Positions 13,194 to 26,944 of a stretch of 64,000 nucleotides of DNA are shown one piece after another. The first letter of the stretch is position 1, and the number at the start of each line of letters is the position of its first letter. The notes beneath the pieces are model-generated. The model was not told where the DNA came from and did no database searches. It worked only from the letters and a program-made list of their open reading frames with translations. This DNA comes from Chrysomallon squamiferum (taxonomy: Eukaryota; Animalia; Mollusca), in the NCBI GenBank assembly GCA_012295275.1, contig CM022667.1:1302001-1366000 (forward strand), given 5' to 3'. The translations under genes were made by a program, and so were the position numbers.

Positions 13194-14031
13194 TTTTATT
13201 TATTTTATTTATTTTATTTATTTTATTTTATTTATTTTATTTTATTTTATTTTACCTTATTTTATTTTTTTTACTTTATTTTATTTATTTATATATTTAT
13301 TTATGTTGATTTTATTTATTTATTTATTATTTTATTTTAATTTATTTTATTAAACATTTATTCATTCATTCATTCATTCATTATTTTACTTTATTATATT
13401 TTATTTTTACTTTATTTATTTATTCATTTATTCATTTATTTTTTATTTTATTTTATTTTATTCTATTATTTTATTTTATTAAATTTATTTATTTATTATA
13501 TTATATTTATTTATTTATTTACTTACTTACTTATTTACTTACTTACGTATCTACCTATTTCAGGTAACTGTGGAGGCGACCTCTGAGCACCCATTCTTCG
13601 TGTTTGGCCAGGGATGGTCGTCCTGTTCCCCGGAGTGGACGCTACGTCGCTACGGCCTCGAGTGTCACAAACTGTCCGTGGGCGACGTGTGCATCTCCCT
13701 CACCCACAAAGACGTTTCTCTATGCGCAGCTGAAATTAGCAAGCAGCAGTCCTCCGAAATGAGGGGCTCGCCCGCGACACTTGACCGGTCACCCAAGTCC
13801 GAAAACACCACCAATCAGGGACATTCTGTGACGTTTTCGGAGAACCGCGACGAGGTGATCGAATCCAAGTCACCCGGTCGCGGTTCTGAGGGCCGTGAAG
13901 GCGCGGAATCGACGGAGGGCGACTCGCGGAAACGAAGATGGCTGACGTCGGATCGGAGGAGCAACGAATCGGAATCCGAAACGACCCCTTCGAAGTCTGC
14001 AGACAATGGAGTTTCAGTTTCTGAGAACTGA
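2445..14031 (+). CDS. ATXN1: Ataxin-1-like AXH-domain protein (spliced, ~715 aa). Exons: 2445-2451 (tentative), 5615-7287, 13564-14031
   Basis: The AXH domain is split across two exons: HFMKGSIIQLANGELKHVENLQTEDFVNSAEISDDLKIDSSTV...GEHRVQ | VTVEATSEHPFFVFGQGWSSCSPEWT...KLSVGDVCISLT. A C-terminal RKRRW motif follows. Splice sites: tcag|5615, 7287|gtatgt, ttcag|13564; TGA ends at 14031. The start is inferred from an upstream exon ending ATG ATA G|gtaacc, which joins 5615 in the required phase 1 (MIGSDGQIV). Confidence 0.9.
2630..3510. repeat. Degenerate ~60-70-bp tandem repeat with poly-T spacers
   Basis: Recurring unit (T)n-atgccagtgcagtagtacttcat(a/c)tgataattaattttggttcttataattaatat, about 10 or more copies, decaying towards 3500. 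Confidence 0.85.
5320..5631 (+). repeat. 85-bp tandem duplication spanning the ATXN1 acceptor site
   Basis: 5456-5540 and 5541-5625 are near-identical (caaatctttaaaataa.tgtatataaatatttctgta...ttcagatctaatgttactg.ttgtata.ttt.ag.ttctgatggt). An older copy sits at ~5335-5381. Confidence 0.85.
5615..7287 (+). CDS. ATXN1: Large coding exon of ataxin-1-like gene (S/P/H-rich region, Q6 tract, N-terminal half of AXH)
   Basis: Lies in ORF 5557..7296. It is GC-rich against the AT-rich flanks and is bounded by an AG acceptor (5613-5614) and a GT donor (7288-7289). Confidence 0.92.
11525..11640. repeat. (TA)n-(CT)n-(TA)n compound microsatellite
   Basis: Direct reading. Confidence 0.9.
11660..11970. repeat. 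Minisatellite, ~22-25-bp unit gacatgactaaagaaaaacagt
   Basis: About a dozen visible tandem copies in ATXN1 intron 7288-13563. Confidence 0.85.
13030..13550. repeat. Long (ATTT/ATTTT/ATTC)n low-complexity tract ending in (TACT)n just before the acceptor
   Basis: Direct reading. Confidence 0.85.
13564..14031 (+). CDS. ATXN1: Last coding exon of ataxin-1-like gene (C-terminal half of AXH, RKRRW motif)
   Basis: HPFFVFGQGWSSC and LSVGDVCISLT are AXH signature segments. Phase 0 joins exon 5615-7287. Confidence 0.92.
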   Translation, partial: VTVEATSEHPFFVFGQGWSSCSPEWTLRRYGLECHKLSVGDVCISLTHKDVSLCAAEISKQQSSEMRGSPATLDRSPKSENTTNQGHSVTFSENRDEVIESKSPGRGSEGREGAESTEGDSRKRRWLTSDRRSNESESETTPSKSADNGVSVSEN

Positions 14032-16333
14032 CCAAAATTAGTGCTTTATGATGATGATGATGATAATAATAATAATGATAATAATTATGATAATAATAAT
14101 AATAATAATCTAATATCGTTCAGGGATATTTAGCCCATTTTTTTTTTTTTTAAAGCTTAAAAGTGATGTCTTTGTTTTTTTTTTTTTTTTTTATTTCTGT
14201 TATTTTTATTGTTGTTTTTTGTTGTTTTTTTTTTTTTGTCGTGCTTATGTTTTTAAGTGAATTTTAAATATATTGTAAATAGCAGCAGACTTTAGCACAC
14301 ATGTTAAGCTTACTATGAAATGAAAGCGTGTGCTAACACAGACATACACATATAAAACAAAAACAAAAAAAATTGTTTTAAAGTTTCAGTTATAATTAAG
14401 ATTTTATTGTACATACATACATCTTTAATCTCATTCTCTGAAGACTGTTTAAATTTTTTATTTTATTTTAATTGTTACTAAAATTGTTTGGTTTTTTTTA
14501 CTGCCAATAAATTACTGGCTGTATTAAATTTATATTTTTTTAAAATAATGATTTTAAAGAAAAATCTTCCTTTTTTTTTTTTTTTTTTTTTTTTGTCTTT
14601 ATTCCTAAAAAAAAAAAAAATGTCAAGAAGTTAAAAAAAATTAAAAATACACTGAAAAGTAACTTTGCAATCTAGTTTTTGATATATAGCATGCCCAAAT
14701 GTCCCACTTTACAAAAAAAAAAAAAACTAAAAAAAAAAATGTTTTATTTGCTCTAGGTGTACATTTCTATTTTGTTTGTTTATTTTGAAAAAAATAATTG
14801 GTGCATCAAAATCCTATTGTTACGTTCACAGGTGTTCCGAGAATGACTCAGCAGTTTTTTTTCGTAAACTGAGTTACAGATAGGCGACATTTCTCAACAC
14901 TCATGCATTTCATCAAAGTAAAAATCACAACACAAGTCCTCTAGTGTGTCACACAGCTTGTTAAAATAAGAAAGGAAACGCAGGCGTATAGATATCAATG
15001 AAATGAAGATGGGTGCAGTTACTAAAGGGGCGTTCACACTACACGACAAATCGTACCACCCTGAATTGTATTATGAAACACCTACGTTGTATGATACGAG
15101 TTTCTGTGTTTCGATGTTGTCACAGTACACAATAACATCCTGTCACAAGATGTATGATGCAGCTTTGTTATATGGAATCACAAGAACTGAAGGGTTTCTT
15201 AAAAATCCATTCTCTAATTTGATTATTTGGCAAAGTATGGTCTAGACTTTGGTCAAACCAAAGGTCAAGTGAAAATTTAGATAAATAAAATATTTACTTC
15301 AACAGAAACTATATTTCAGTTCATCTACACTAGTAAAATTATACTTCTTTTTTTTTTTTTTTAATTCTTCTGTCACTATACTTTAATTAATCTTCATAAA
15401 AAGATTCTATTTCTTTAAAAAACTATGCATCAGTTAATTTACTTCATAAAAAATGTTTTATTCATTAAAATATATTTCACTGAAATCTGCATGCTTGGAA
15501 ATAAATATGGTGTGTGTTAACTATCCTTTCATCACAAAAATCTAAATTTAATTAAATCTTTTGGGGAGACAAATAGCTTCATATTTAACTTTTATGGTTG
15601 TAGATAGCAGATATATAGAAAACTATGAAAAAAAAAAAAAAGAAAGAAAAAAAAAGGAAATTGATAAAATATTATTTCACCAATCAATTGATTTAAGTTC
15701 TTTATTTCATTGAAAATTTACATATGAGTAAATAAACAATTCTAAGAAGAATATAGTTGATAGTTCTCATTAATTCCACAAATTAAAAAAAAATATATAT
15801 ATTTATTATAAATTTACTTTCCTCTATTTCTTTAGCGCTACACATTTCGGTAAAATTTAAAATTCATCTTTGCATCGAAAGTTCTGTTTAGTTCAGCTTG
15901 CATTCTTTTCATAATCATTTTCAATCAGTGTTCAAATTAGTTAAACAGAGAGGTTTTTTTAAAAATAAAAATAATAATAATAATTAATAATAATAATGTC
16001 AACTAATCTGGAAGTTTTTAATTTGCTAAGTGTATATTGTGCATTTTCTGCACTTTAATGACAACCAGATGTGAAAGTTTCCATTTGAGAATGAAGTTTT
16101 CTTTCTTAAGAGTTATGGTGAAATAAGCCTGTAAGAGTTATTTCCCTTCTTTAATGTAAAATTTTTTATTTTTAAATTTGAAAGAGGACAGCAGTTTCTT
16201 CAAGGAGGGAATCATGTTGCTATGGTTACAACACCATGGTGTGTTAATTATGATTTTTTTTTTTTTTTTTCTTGTTCTGTGGTCTGTTACAAACATAAAA
16301 CTTTGTGATACAAGAAATTTATTGTGATTTCTT

Positions 16334-16367
<34 letters not shown>

Positions 16368-16560
16368 ACTGGGTTGTGCAATTATTATTTTTTTTATATC
16401 TTTTCCTTCTCAAACAGTATTTGATTAAATAGTAAATTTTTATAACAATTTTCTTATCCATTCCTAGAGTTTAATTTAAAAAAAAAAAAAAAAAAAAAAA
16501 TGAATTAAAGAATAATTAATGGTAAAAGATTCGGGTCTTTTTATTTGTTTATTAAAATTA

Positions 16561-16614
<54 letters not shown>

Positions 16615-18229
16615 TGTTTTTTTTAACATTATTTACAGATTGAGAATTCCAGAATGTATTATCAAAGACAAATGCATGTGCATGAATTAGAAAAAAATAA
16701 TTATAAAAATAAGAGAATAAAATTATTTTATTGTGATTAAAAGAAACAGTTATTGCATAGATTGGAAAAATTTCATTTTTATTTTCTACATGGTCCATAA
16801 AAACAATTATTTTAATATTTATAATTAACATATAGACAATAGAGATAACATTATTTACATTTTTAGATTTAGTGTTAAGTCCTGCAAACTATAAAATCAT
16901 AACTTTTTTTCTTTTTTTCAAAGATATTATTGATAGATGAGATTTGGACTATGACAAAATGTATTTTTAATAACATAACAAGGATGGTGATTATAATCAT
17001 CTGATTAATTAGTCAGATTTGTAAAAAAAAAAAAAAAATATGGTAATGGAATATTTACCAATTTCTGGTTAGGTATATATGTTTTTAGAGATTCATAATT
17101 AGGTACATTTTAAAATTAAAAATATATTAGTGTTCGAATGTAGAATTATTTACACATGGATCAGTTAATTCTCTGTCCATTGCTAAAAAATTTTACCCAA
17201 TATATGAAAATTCAACATAAATTATCATAAATCATCAACAGGATCTGAAAAAAGTAATAAATAGTAATTATTTTATTTTATTTATTAATATTATTAATAA
17301 TTTATATATATATATATATATATTATTTTTTTTAATTTTATTATTTTTTTTTTAAATTATCAATTACAAAATCTTAAGACTTAGAGCAACATTTTTAGAC
17401 ACCACTCTACCTATATAATAAGGATTTATTATTGAGTATTAGGTCATAATCTTTTAAAAATATAAAAACTTTTAAAATAAAATAAAAATATAGCTAAATA
17501 TTTCTATGGGATATACTCAAGCCAAAGGAAATGTAACCAAACTGAACTGTTATGTTGACAAAACAAACAGTGAAATATCTATGAAATGTTTTTAATTATT
17601 TCTATCTCTTTCTGTCTCTCAAACCATCTACTGACATACACACTGACATCAGTTGCTGCTGTCAAAATGATAGAATTTTCCATTTTTAATCAACAAAGCA
17701 CGTTTAGATCGTTTTAAGTGAAGAACTGTGGTTATATTTGTTTGTATGAAATTAAAGTCGTAGTAATAAACTTGTTATGTTAATGTTTTTAATGATAAAT
17801 TTAAGTTTTGTACATTTTATGTAAAGAGAATATCTTTTATGGTAAGCAGTCGGTATTGTTACCATTTTGTTCATTAAGTGCTCTACTGTTTATGAGAAGG
17901 TGGATATTTAAAAAAAATCCTTTGCTGTAATTTTAAAAATAAAAGTGTGTTGTTTTGTGAGCAACCATTCATTGGGCTGTTTTTGTTGGTAAGTAATGGG
18001 TAGACCCACATTTTAAAAATTAAATTTTTTTATTTAAATTTAATTTTATTTTTGGGTAAAATCAAGCATGTGATTTTGGCAACAAATTTAAAAGTATATA
18101 ATTTTTGTCAATAAATTTTAAAGAATATATTTTTTTTTTTCTATTTAAATTTTTTTTAGTAAATAACCATATTGTTTTATTAAGATTAATTGTTTTGTTG
18201 AAATATGAAATAGTTTTTGTTTGGGATAT

Positions 18230-18420
18230 GTTACAAGCAGATGATTTTACGAATGTTAAAATTTTGGTTTTATCTGTATGTTGAAAGTTACCATATGGTT
18301 TTATCAACACGTTGAAAGTAGCCAGATTGTTTTATCAAACTTACTGAAAATAACTAAATAGTTTTATCAAAAAATTGAAAATAACTGGATGGTTTTATCA
18401 ACAGGCTGAGAATAAATAAC
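18230..18420. repeat. Degenerate ~31-32-bp minisatellite (ggttttatcaa...gttgaaa.ta.c)
   Basis: Five to six copies of gttttatc...tgaaa visible. Confidence 0.7.
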
Positions 18421-18696
18421 TAATATTTGTGATTATGTTGAAAGCAATGATTTATTTTTGTTGTCGTTTTACATTAAGCTGGTTGTTATGTTTTATTTTA
18501 CTGTAACTGTTGTTTTATTCTTAACGTCTTCACATCAGTGTGTTTTTGTTTAAAAATTAAAATATGTACTTACTGTACATTTCAACAAAATGAATACTTA
18601 TTGTTGTCACTGCATTTTCTAACTATTGTTTGTGTTACTTCACAGATTAACTTTCTCAGTTAAATTTAAATTTTCTTTTGAAATAAATTATTCATA

Positions 18697-18728
<32 letters not shown>

Positions 18729-19322
18729 GAGCTTAACAATGAGAATCAAAGCTAGAGTTTATTATTTAAGTACAACTTAATAATGAGATGGGATTCAAAA
18801 TAAGATAAATTGTGACAAGCAGTTAATTTTTCTTAAAATTAATTATATGAAATTATTGACAGAACTTTAAAAAATATTTAATTTAGAGAATGGTTTTAAT
18901 ACATGAGCATATTTGATTATTTTCAGTTTGAGAAAGCTGGGTGTTTTGAGTATATTTTTAACATGCTTATATTATCATGTGTTTAACAAGACTTCAGTTT
19001 GAAAATTCTGAATCATTGAAAATGAACTCAGTCTTTGGTGCTTTTTCTTTTCTTTCATCTTGTATAATTAATAAATAGTTAATTAATAATAATTATTATT
19101 AATTAGTTTCTGAGAAAGATTCCATCATATTCATTATTTTATTGTTATGCTATATCTGCATCCATTTGAACAAAGGACTTTTAAATACATTTGCATACTT
19201 CCAGTATATTATTTTATTTATTGTCCTAACAAACACTTTGCTAACAATAAAGTAAAATAAATCATCTATCCTGAAATCATTTTATAAATAAAATACAAAA
19301 ATATATATATATATTTGTGTCG

Positions 19323-19354
<32 letters not shown>

Positions 19355-20348
19355 TGAAAGCAATTAAAACTGATAGACTGAATAAATTATTTTGCATTAT
19401 CCTCAGTCTGTAAAGATTTTTGTACTTTCTCCTTATAAACCTTTTATTTTACTGTCATTTTGTATTATTATAAATGAAACTGGATATCAGAAATAAATTA
19501 AACAGTTATTTGAAGTTTGCAAAATATATTAAAGTTCTTTGTTCATTCAACAATAGGTACACTTTAAGACTTTGAAAAACAGTAAACATTTTTTTTTTTT
19601 AAATTGACTTTGAGTCTGTATATTATTATTACATTACATTGTTATCTTCATCTTTTTTTTAACCAAGTAAAAAAAAACAACAACAATAACACACTATTAC
19701 TTGCCTGTTTTGTTATTTTAGCTGACATTGATTGTAAATATTTTTGTAACATATGTGAATTAATGGAGTACATATATATATAAATATATATATTAAAAAT
19801 TGTAAATACTATACTATATAAAGCTATTTTTTGTACATAATCTAGATTGCTATGAATGCCAAAGAAGGCGTTGATCTGATAAAGCAGTCTGTGAAAGTTT
19901 CAAACATGGTGGCAGTTAGTTTAATGGCTTTTTCAAAAAATGTATTGTCCTTGAAATTATAGTGATCTGCATTTTATTCTGTTGCGCATATGTACATTTA
20001 CATATGCATATGTAGACACACACAAACACACAGATAGACACACCTACACACACACACACTAACAGACAGACACAAACACACAGTGACAGACACATACAAT
20101 TTAATTAAGAAAGGAAAAAGGTAAATACAAAACGACATTAATTGAAATGAAGTTTTAATTTTAGTTTCAACTATAATAATACATATTTACAGACAGTATT
20201 TCAAGTTCCATTTTAACTTTAATGTGGAAGAATATTTTTAAGGACAAATAGATTTACAAACCACATATTTTCAAGAGCGTGATATTACATAAATGTGTAC
20301 ATTTTTGCCTTGAATCTAAACTGTCATCATTGTTTATTTTCTAGAAAG

Positions 20349-20381
<33 letters not shown>

Positions 20382-22061
20382 GAAATTTAAAAATATTTTG
20401 GATTTCTTTGTGCAAGATTAGCAGTCTTAATTTTTACGTGAAAATATGTGCTGTGTAGACTCTTTTAAAGTCTGTTGCCAGTTCGCACAGATGATAAAAA
20501 TATTTGTCCAAGACATTGTAGCAATATGTGTGTGCAATTTTGTCTTTCTTTTTACACAGTGTCGAAAAAACTGTTCCTTTGTTTTGCAGAAACAGGTTAA
20601 AAAAAAAAAAAGACATTTGTCTCTAGACTGAAGTCAAATGGCTTGAGAATTATTATGTTGTTTTAAAAAAAAAAAAGTAATCATGTGAAAGGTTAAATAA
20701 AATAAATCACAAAATAAATTTTAAAAATGTCTCCATATGTTTAAATATATGGCCTCATCTTAATGGACTTAATTTCTTCTATGAATATTTGACTTTGTTG
20801 CATGATTTGGTCATAAGGAGTCAGCCATGATTATTATTATTATTATTATTATTATTATTTTATTTATTATTTTATTATTTTATTTATTTTTTGTTTTTTT
20901 TTTTTTTTAGTTTCGAATGTTATGTTTTTTTTCTGTTGAGTATCCTTGGTGAAGTTAACTGCCAAGTTATTAGTTTTGTTGTTTGTTTTTATTATTTCTT
21001 ATTTTGTTGTAAACTGAAGGTGTTAAAAACAGCAGAGGAAGATCTTTTGTAAAGTTTCAGTAAATTATTGATGTATAGTTACTCTTTTAATTAACTCATA
21101 TCCTAATGATAAAAGCAATGACAAACAGTAATAATGATAAATAGCAGTGAATATATTATACTGCTGTATAATTTGGCAGATATTAAATACTGACACTCAT
21201 ATTAAAAACATTGATGAGAAATACAAATTACAGTTTTTCACAGAGTGATGAATTTAGTTTATTATATTTATTTTCATAATAATCTTTTTAACTATACGTG
21301 CTTTTAAAAGTAATAATCATGACAGAAATAAAAAGGCTTCGAACTTCAAGTTCTGTAAATTCTCGTAACCTTTATCCCAACTGTAGTCTTCTACCAGGAT
21401 GAATATTAATTACTAAATTTGTTGTAACTTCAATCTAGGGGTAAAAATATTTTTCAAACATTTGTTAATATGTATATTTTTTATTTTTATTTTTTCAAAT
21501 AAGAAGTAAACTTGCTATGATTCAGTTTATTATTTTTAACATATGAACAGCAATTAATAGGATTGCTTGGGATTTTTTATTTTTTATTTATTTTTTTTTT
21601 TTTTTTTTAACTTAACAAGCAATAAAATACTTATTAAAATATTCATTTCATAGGTGAAAAAAAATACAAACCTGTTAAGAAGAAAAGAATACTCACAGAA
21701 TTTTTGATTCATTATGAAGAGAAAGATAGATTTTGTTTGTTGACACATCATTAGAATACATTTGTTATGACTGTTATTATGAAGAATCACGTTGTTGGAC
21801 AAATCACTATTGTCAAGTCTGTTCCCAGTAAACATTTAACATGAATAAAGTTGTTTGTTATCATGTGATATTACTAGTATCTGCTTTCTTTATTTAATGT
21901 ATGCAAGTGGTGTGTGAGTGTATGCAAATGTTGTTTTTTTTATAAATAGTATCTGTTTACACAGAAATAAGATATATATTTCCATAACTGAAATAATAAC
22001 AACAATTGTAGCAGCAGCACATACATACATACATATATACATACATTACATAATACATACA

Positions 22062-22095
<34 letters not shown>

Positions 22096-22899
22096 TACAA
22101 TCAAGGGATGGGATAATGATTTCATTCACAGAAATTAGTGATCAACATTATACCAAATGATTGAAAAAAAAAACAAACAAACTCTTGTTAATAGTGGTAT
22201 AACATTTATTACAAAAATATTTGATCAGTTCTGGAGTAAGCTCTGCAGTGTTAAAAATATTTAAAGAAAGGATTTACTTAAATTTTTACTCTAGAAAGAA
22301 TTTAAGAATATTTGTTGTTAAAAATATTTCTAAAATCCTAAAATTCACAGCCAGAAAACATATTAAAATAATTTGAACTTTTTAATAGTTTTGGCTAATT
22401 TTTTTTTAATTATTTATTTGACAAAGGACTTCAATTTTGTTTTTTAAATTATTAAGCATTAAACAAACTAGTCTATTAAGATTCTGTATTACATTATTAA
22501 TTTATTTGGTTTGAGTGACTTCTTCATGCCTAATAATTAAGTTAAGACTGAAAAACAATTTTATCACTTCAAAATGGAATTGTGTAATTAAAGCAGACTA
22601 TTAGCCTTGAATGTTTTCAGATGACAGAAAAAACACAGAAACTGGTTCATCATGACTCAGTGTCTACAGAAAAATGGGAGACATTGTTAATTTTGTACTC
22701 TCTTTTTTTAATATTATCCTTCATTATTAATAAAGAATGGACAGCTAGATTAAAAAATTAAACAATAATCTGGATGAATCCATAATATATTTAAATTATT
22801 TCTTCACATATCTAAAGATTTAGATATCAAAACAGATGTATGATAAAACTAAGTAAATTAAAAATTTTCTTTCTATTCTGTAAAACATTTTGTGATGTG

Positions 22900-25800
22900 T
22901 CAGGTGTTTTCCGAGTTGCCTTCCAGTAAGAAATCTTTAATTTCTTCCTTCATCTTTAACCTGGGAGAAAAAAACAAAATCTATTTTAAAATGTTCACCT
23001 AATTACTAATCTCCAACATCATTCAAACAAATTTTAATTATTTAAAAAGATAAATTTATCACAGACACAATGTTTAACACGTATTAAAAAATGAGTTTCT
23101 TTTTAAAAAAAAAAATAAAAAAATAAAAAAATATTAAATAAAAATATCTTGGACAGAATGTAAATGGTTTTATTTCAGTGGGTTTTTTTTATAACTAACC
23201 TGTTATTTCTAGTTATGCTTTCTGTTATTACATACTGTGGTAATTTACTATGATCATTCTGAAAATGGAATGGAAGGAAAAAAAATGTAACAAAAATTGA
23301 AATTAATATAATGTCAGACAAAATTTGTTAGAAATTCTTAATTTGAAACATTGGTATTATAAATATTTCAACTTTTAAGACACAGTTTTTTCTCATCGTT
23401 TGATACAGGATTTCAATTTAGTTTTTTGAGCTAAATTTAAATGTGTTTGTAAACAGCAATAAAAATGTCTTAATATTGAAAGATCTAATATGAAAAGTAA
23501 TTCTAATAATCTAAAAATTCTTCAGAATTAAAACTGTGCAAATAACATAAATACAAAAATAGTAATACCAAGGATATGACAATATGACAATTTTTTTAAC
23601 TGCTTGTATTTTTTAAAGTTTATTTATTAAAAATCAAAAGCTAGTTCTTACCATATCATTTAATATTAATCTGCAGCTATAACACAAACTAGATATCACT
23701 TCAGCTTTCGTATTTCTGGAAAAAAAAGAAGTTTTTATAAAATAAATATTTGTATTTACAAATCCACATTAATAATAGACCGGACTTAAAAATAAGATGA
23801 TGTATGATAAAAAATACAAAAATTTAAAAAATAATGCATTTTTATATTGAACTGACTACTTTTGCAACTTTAATAATATTTAAAACAAATTGGTTTCAAG
23901 TTGGTGCAAACATTTAACCTGTAAACCTTAATTTGAGACAAATAAATATTTCTGAACAGAAACAGCAATGTATCTACACCAAAATACATATATCAAGATG
24001 TAATATTCAAACCGCATTTTAAAAAATTGGTTTCAAATTGGTGCAAATGTTTTCTCTCAGTTAAATCTGTAAATTCTTGAATCAGAACAACAAATTTTAA
24101 AAAAAAAAAGTAATCTTAAGTTTTGTATTATTTTAGTCACTGTGTAGAATTTTATCATTTGATAATTGCCTGAGTTATTAATTTTTACCTGCAGTCACTT
24201 GATGTTTTACATGCACCCTCACCCTCTCCACAACATGTTTCTGTGTTAGATGACAAATCTTCAACACACACTTTGCTTCTGGACAAGGTGTATGAATACT
24301 CAACAGCTCTCAGTGCAGATGCTTCACTCACCAATGTGTCTAACGGAGACTAAAAAAATAGTTACCGATTAATTTTTATTGATTTTTACAGAATCAGTTA
24401 TTAAAATTAAAAACAAAAGTTGTTTTTTTCAACCTTCACTATCAAGGAGGGTTATCACCATCTAATAGTAAGAACTTGAACTAGGGTCAAAGAAGATAAT
24501 ATTCAGATGGTAAATAAAGGCAACACAAAGAGGTAGAAAATTCAATTAAATAAACTTTACTTGTACAAAATTTCACCGACTGTTTATTCAGTCCAAATTC
24601 TGTTTAACAGAATTAAAATATACATTAAACATACAACTTACTAAATAAATATTATAATATTAATCGTTAAAACATCCATAATTTAGTTATTTTGAATATT
24701 TATGAATTTTGAGTTTCAAACATATCTCAGAGAATTCTTGTTGGAATTTTTTTGATAAAGCGTATCTCAGAGAACTAGTTGGATTAGGAATGTAAAGTAA
24801 ATAGTAAAAGCTGACCTGACAGAATGAACAAGATTCCACTCCTTTAACTTTACTTTCAGAATCCAACTTGGATCCAGTTCTGAAAACAGAATTAAAATGT
24901 TCAATGTGTAGCCAGTCCTATTATAAAATATGCAACAAAATTAATTCTTTAAAAGAAATAGAAAAATACATTAGAATCTATTCTAAAATTGATTTAATGC
25001 ATAGAGAGATCTGAAGAAAAAGATAATAATAATAAAAATAAGAAATTAAAAAAAAAAAAAAAAAACGAAATTAGAATAAGGATGCTAATTTTCACTACAT
25101 TTTATTACTTGTAAATATATACCATATACAAAAACCAATCAATACAAATTAAATAACATCATTAGAAATATTCTCTTCAATGCAAACAAGGTTTTTTTAA
25201 TTTTTAATATTTTAATTTCAAATCATCTGATAAAAATTAGGTAATTTAAATCTGACTGAAAGATAGCTCTAATGTAACAAAGAAAGATAACTCTGATCTG
25301 ACAAAGAGAGGTAACTCTAACCTGACAATGTTGCTGACAGTGGAGGGAAATTCCTGCTGAAGTCCAGTGACAAACTTTTCCGTCAAATGTTCTATACTGA
25401 TGTCAGGTGATGCCTAAAAATATAATAATGTGTTTTAATGCATGAACATTTTATTAATGTTATATAGCAAGGCTGATTTTTGTCACAATGAAAATAAGCT
25501 TTGGACAAGCTTTGATCTCATAATTTATTCATTAAATATGAAAGAATTTTTTTGTATGTAAAATGAAATCACAAAAACATAATTAAAATAGATTTTCTTT
25601 TAAGTATTTTGGTTTTCTTTCCAAATTACATCACCTGAATGGTTCAATATGTAACATAAATATAACTTATCCCTACCATAGTTTTTTTCTTAACTAAACG
25701 TTTCAATGTTTTTCGTTTAAAATAATAGATAATGAATTATGTCATACCTTAGTGGTAAGAGTTGGTAAAACCAAAGATTCTACTCCATTGAAATAATTAT

Positions 25801-26883
25801 ACATGGAAACTTCTTTAGAGGAAAGATCTCTGAAAGAAAAATAAATCTCTAATAAAAAAAAATCTATTTAAATTAAATACTAAAGCATATCTTAATAACA
25901 TTAGAATAAGACTACTGCATTTATGATTTTTGTAATAACTTGATATTATTCTCTATAAAAAAAAAAAAGATATAAAGAATTTAAAATCCTGATTTTCTTT
26001 CTTCTCATTATAAAAAAAATAATAATAAAAATTCAGAGATAAAGAAAACCAAATCCAGTTTATAAGATGATATATATTAACTACAGATAATACAAATACC
26101 ATCTTTATTTCATACTATTGAAGTCGAAAAAGAAAATTAAAATATTTCAGACAAAGAAATAAAATGATATATTTATTATAGACCAAAAAAAATCTCCAAA
26201 AAAAATCTTCTTTGGAAACATAAAAAAAAGTCTGCTTACCTAACAGGTCTGACTACAGTTACATCACCATGCCTGTCATCTGAAAAACTCTGAAACAGAC
26301 AGACACAAGACTCCATTATTAAAAATTTACTTTTATCTAAAGTTTCTGTGATGTACATTGATGAGACAACCTTTTCACAAAATTGCCTGGAAATATTTTT
26401 GAGCCACAAATAAAAGCATTAGTTATCCTAAAACTTAAGCAACTGAGAAAAATATTTTTGTTTTTAGCAAGCAATGACTGCCAAAACTCAAGAAACTGCC
26501 AGAAAATTGTCATCTATGGATAGGTAATTATTTACAAGAACATGAATTGATTAAAGAAAGGAGAAATGAAAAGAAAGAATTTCAGCCAAATGAATGAATG
26601 AATGATAAAAAACCTGAGAACAAAACTGCATCTGTTATTTAATATCAAACAGAGGTAAAAATATTGACAAGTTAATAAATCTGTTTATAATTTTATTAAA
26701 AATCAGAGGACATGGCTGTGCAAAAATAGACATCATTGTTACTAAGGTAAATAATTAAAATATTCTAGTTAAATTACAGTGCAGAAAACTGCTATAAATT
26801 CATCAAGAATTTGTATCTGAATCTAAAGTTTCAGTTTTAGTTATTTGAAAGACAAAATTAAATTTCCTATTTTAAATATTTTA

Positions 26884-26944
<61 letters not shown>

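Noticed and set aside
14029-14135. Stop-codon readthrough of ATXN1 (TGA-C context, short open frame after it)
   Set aside because: The extension is just a (GAT/AAT)n microsatellite, and TGA-C alone is weak evidence.
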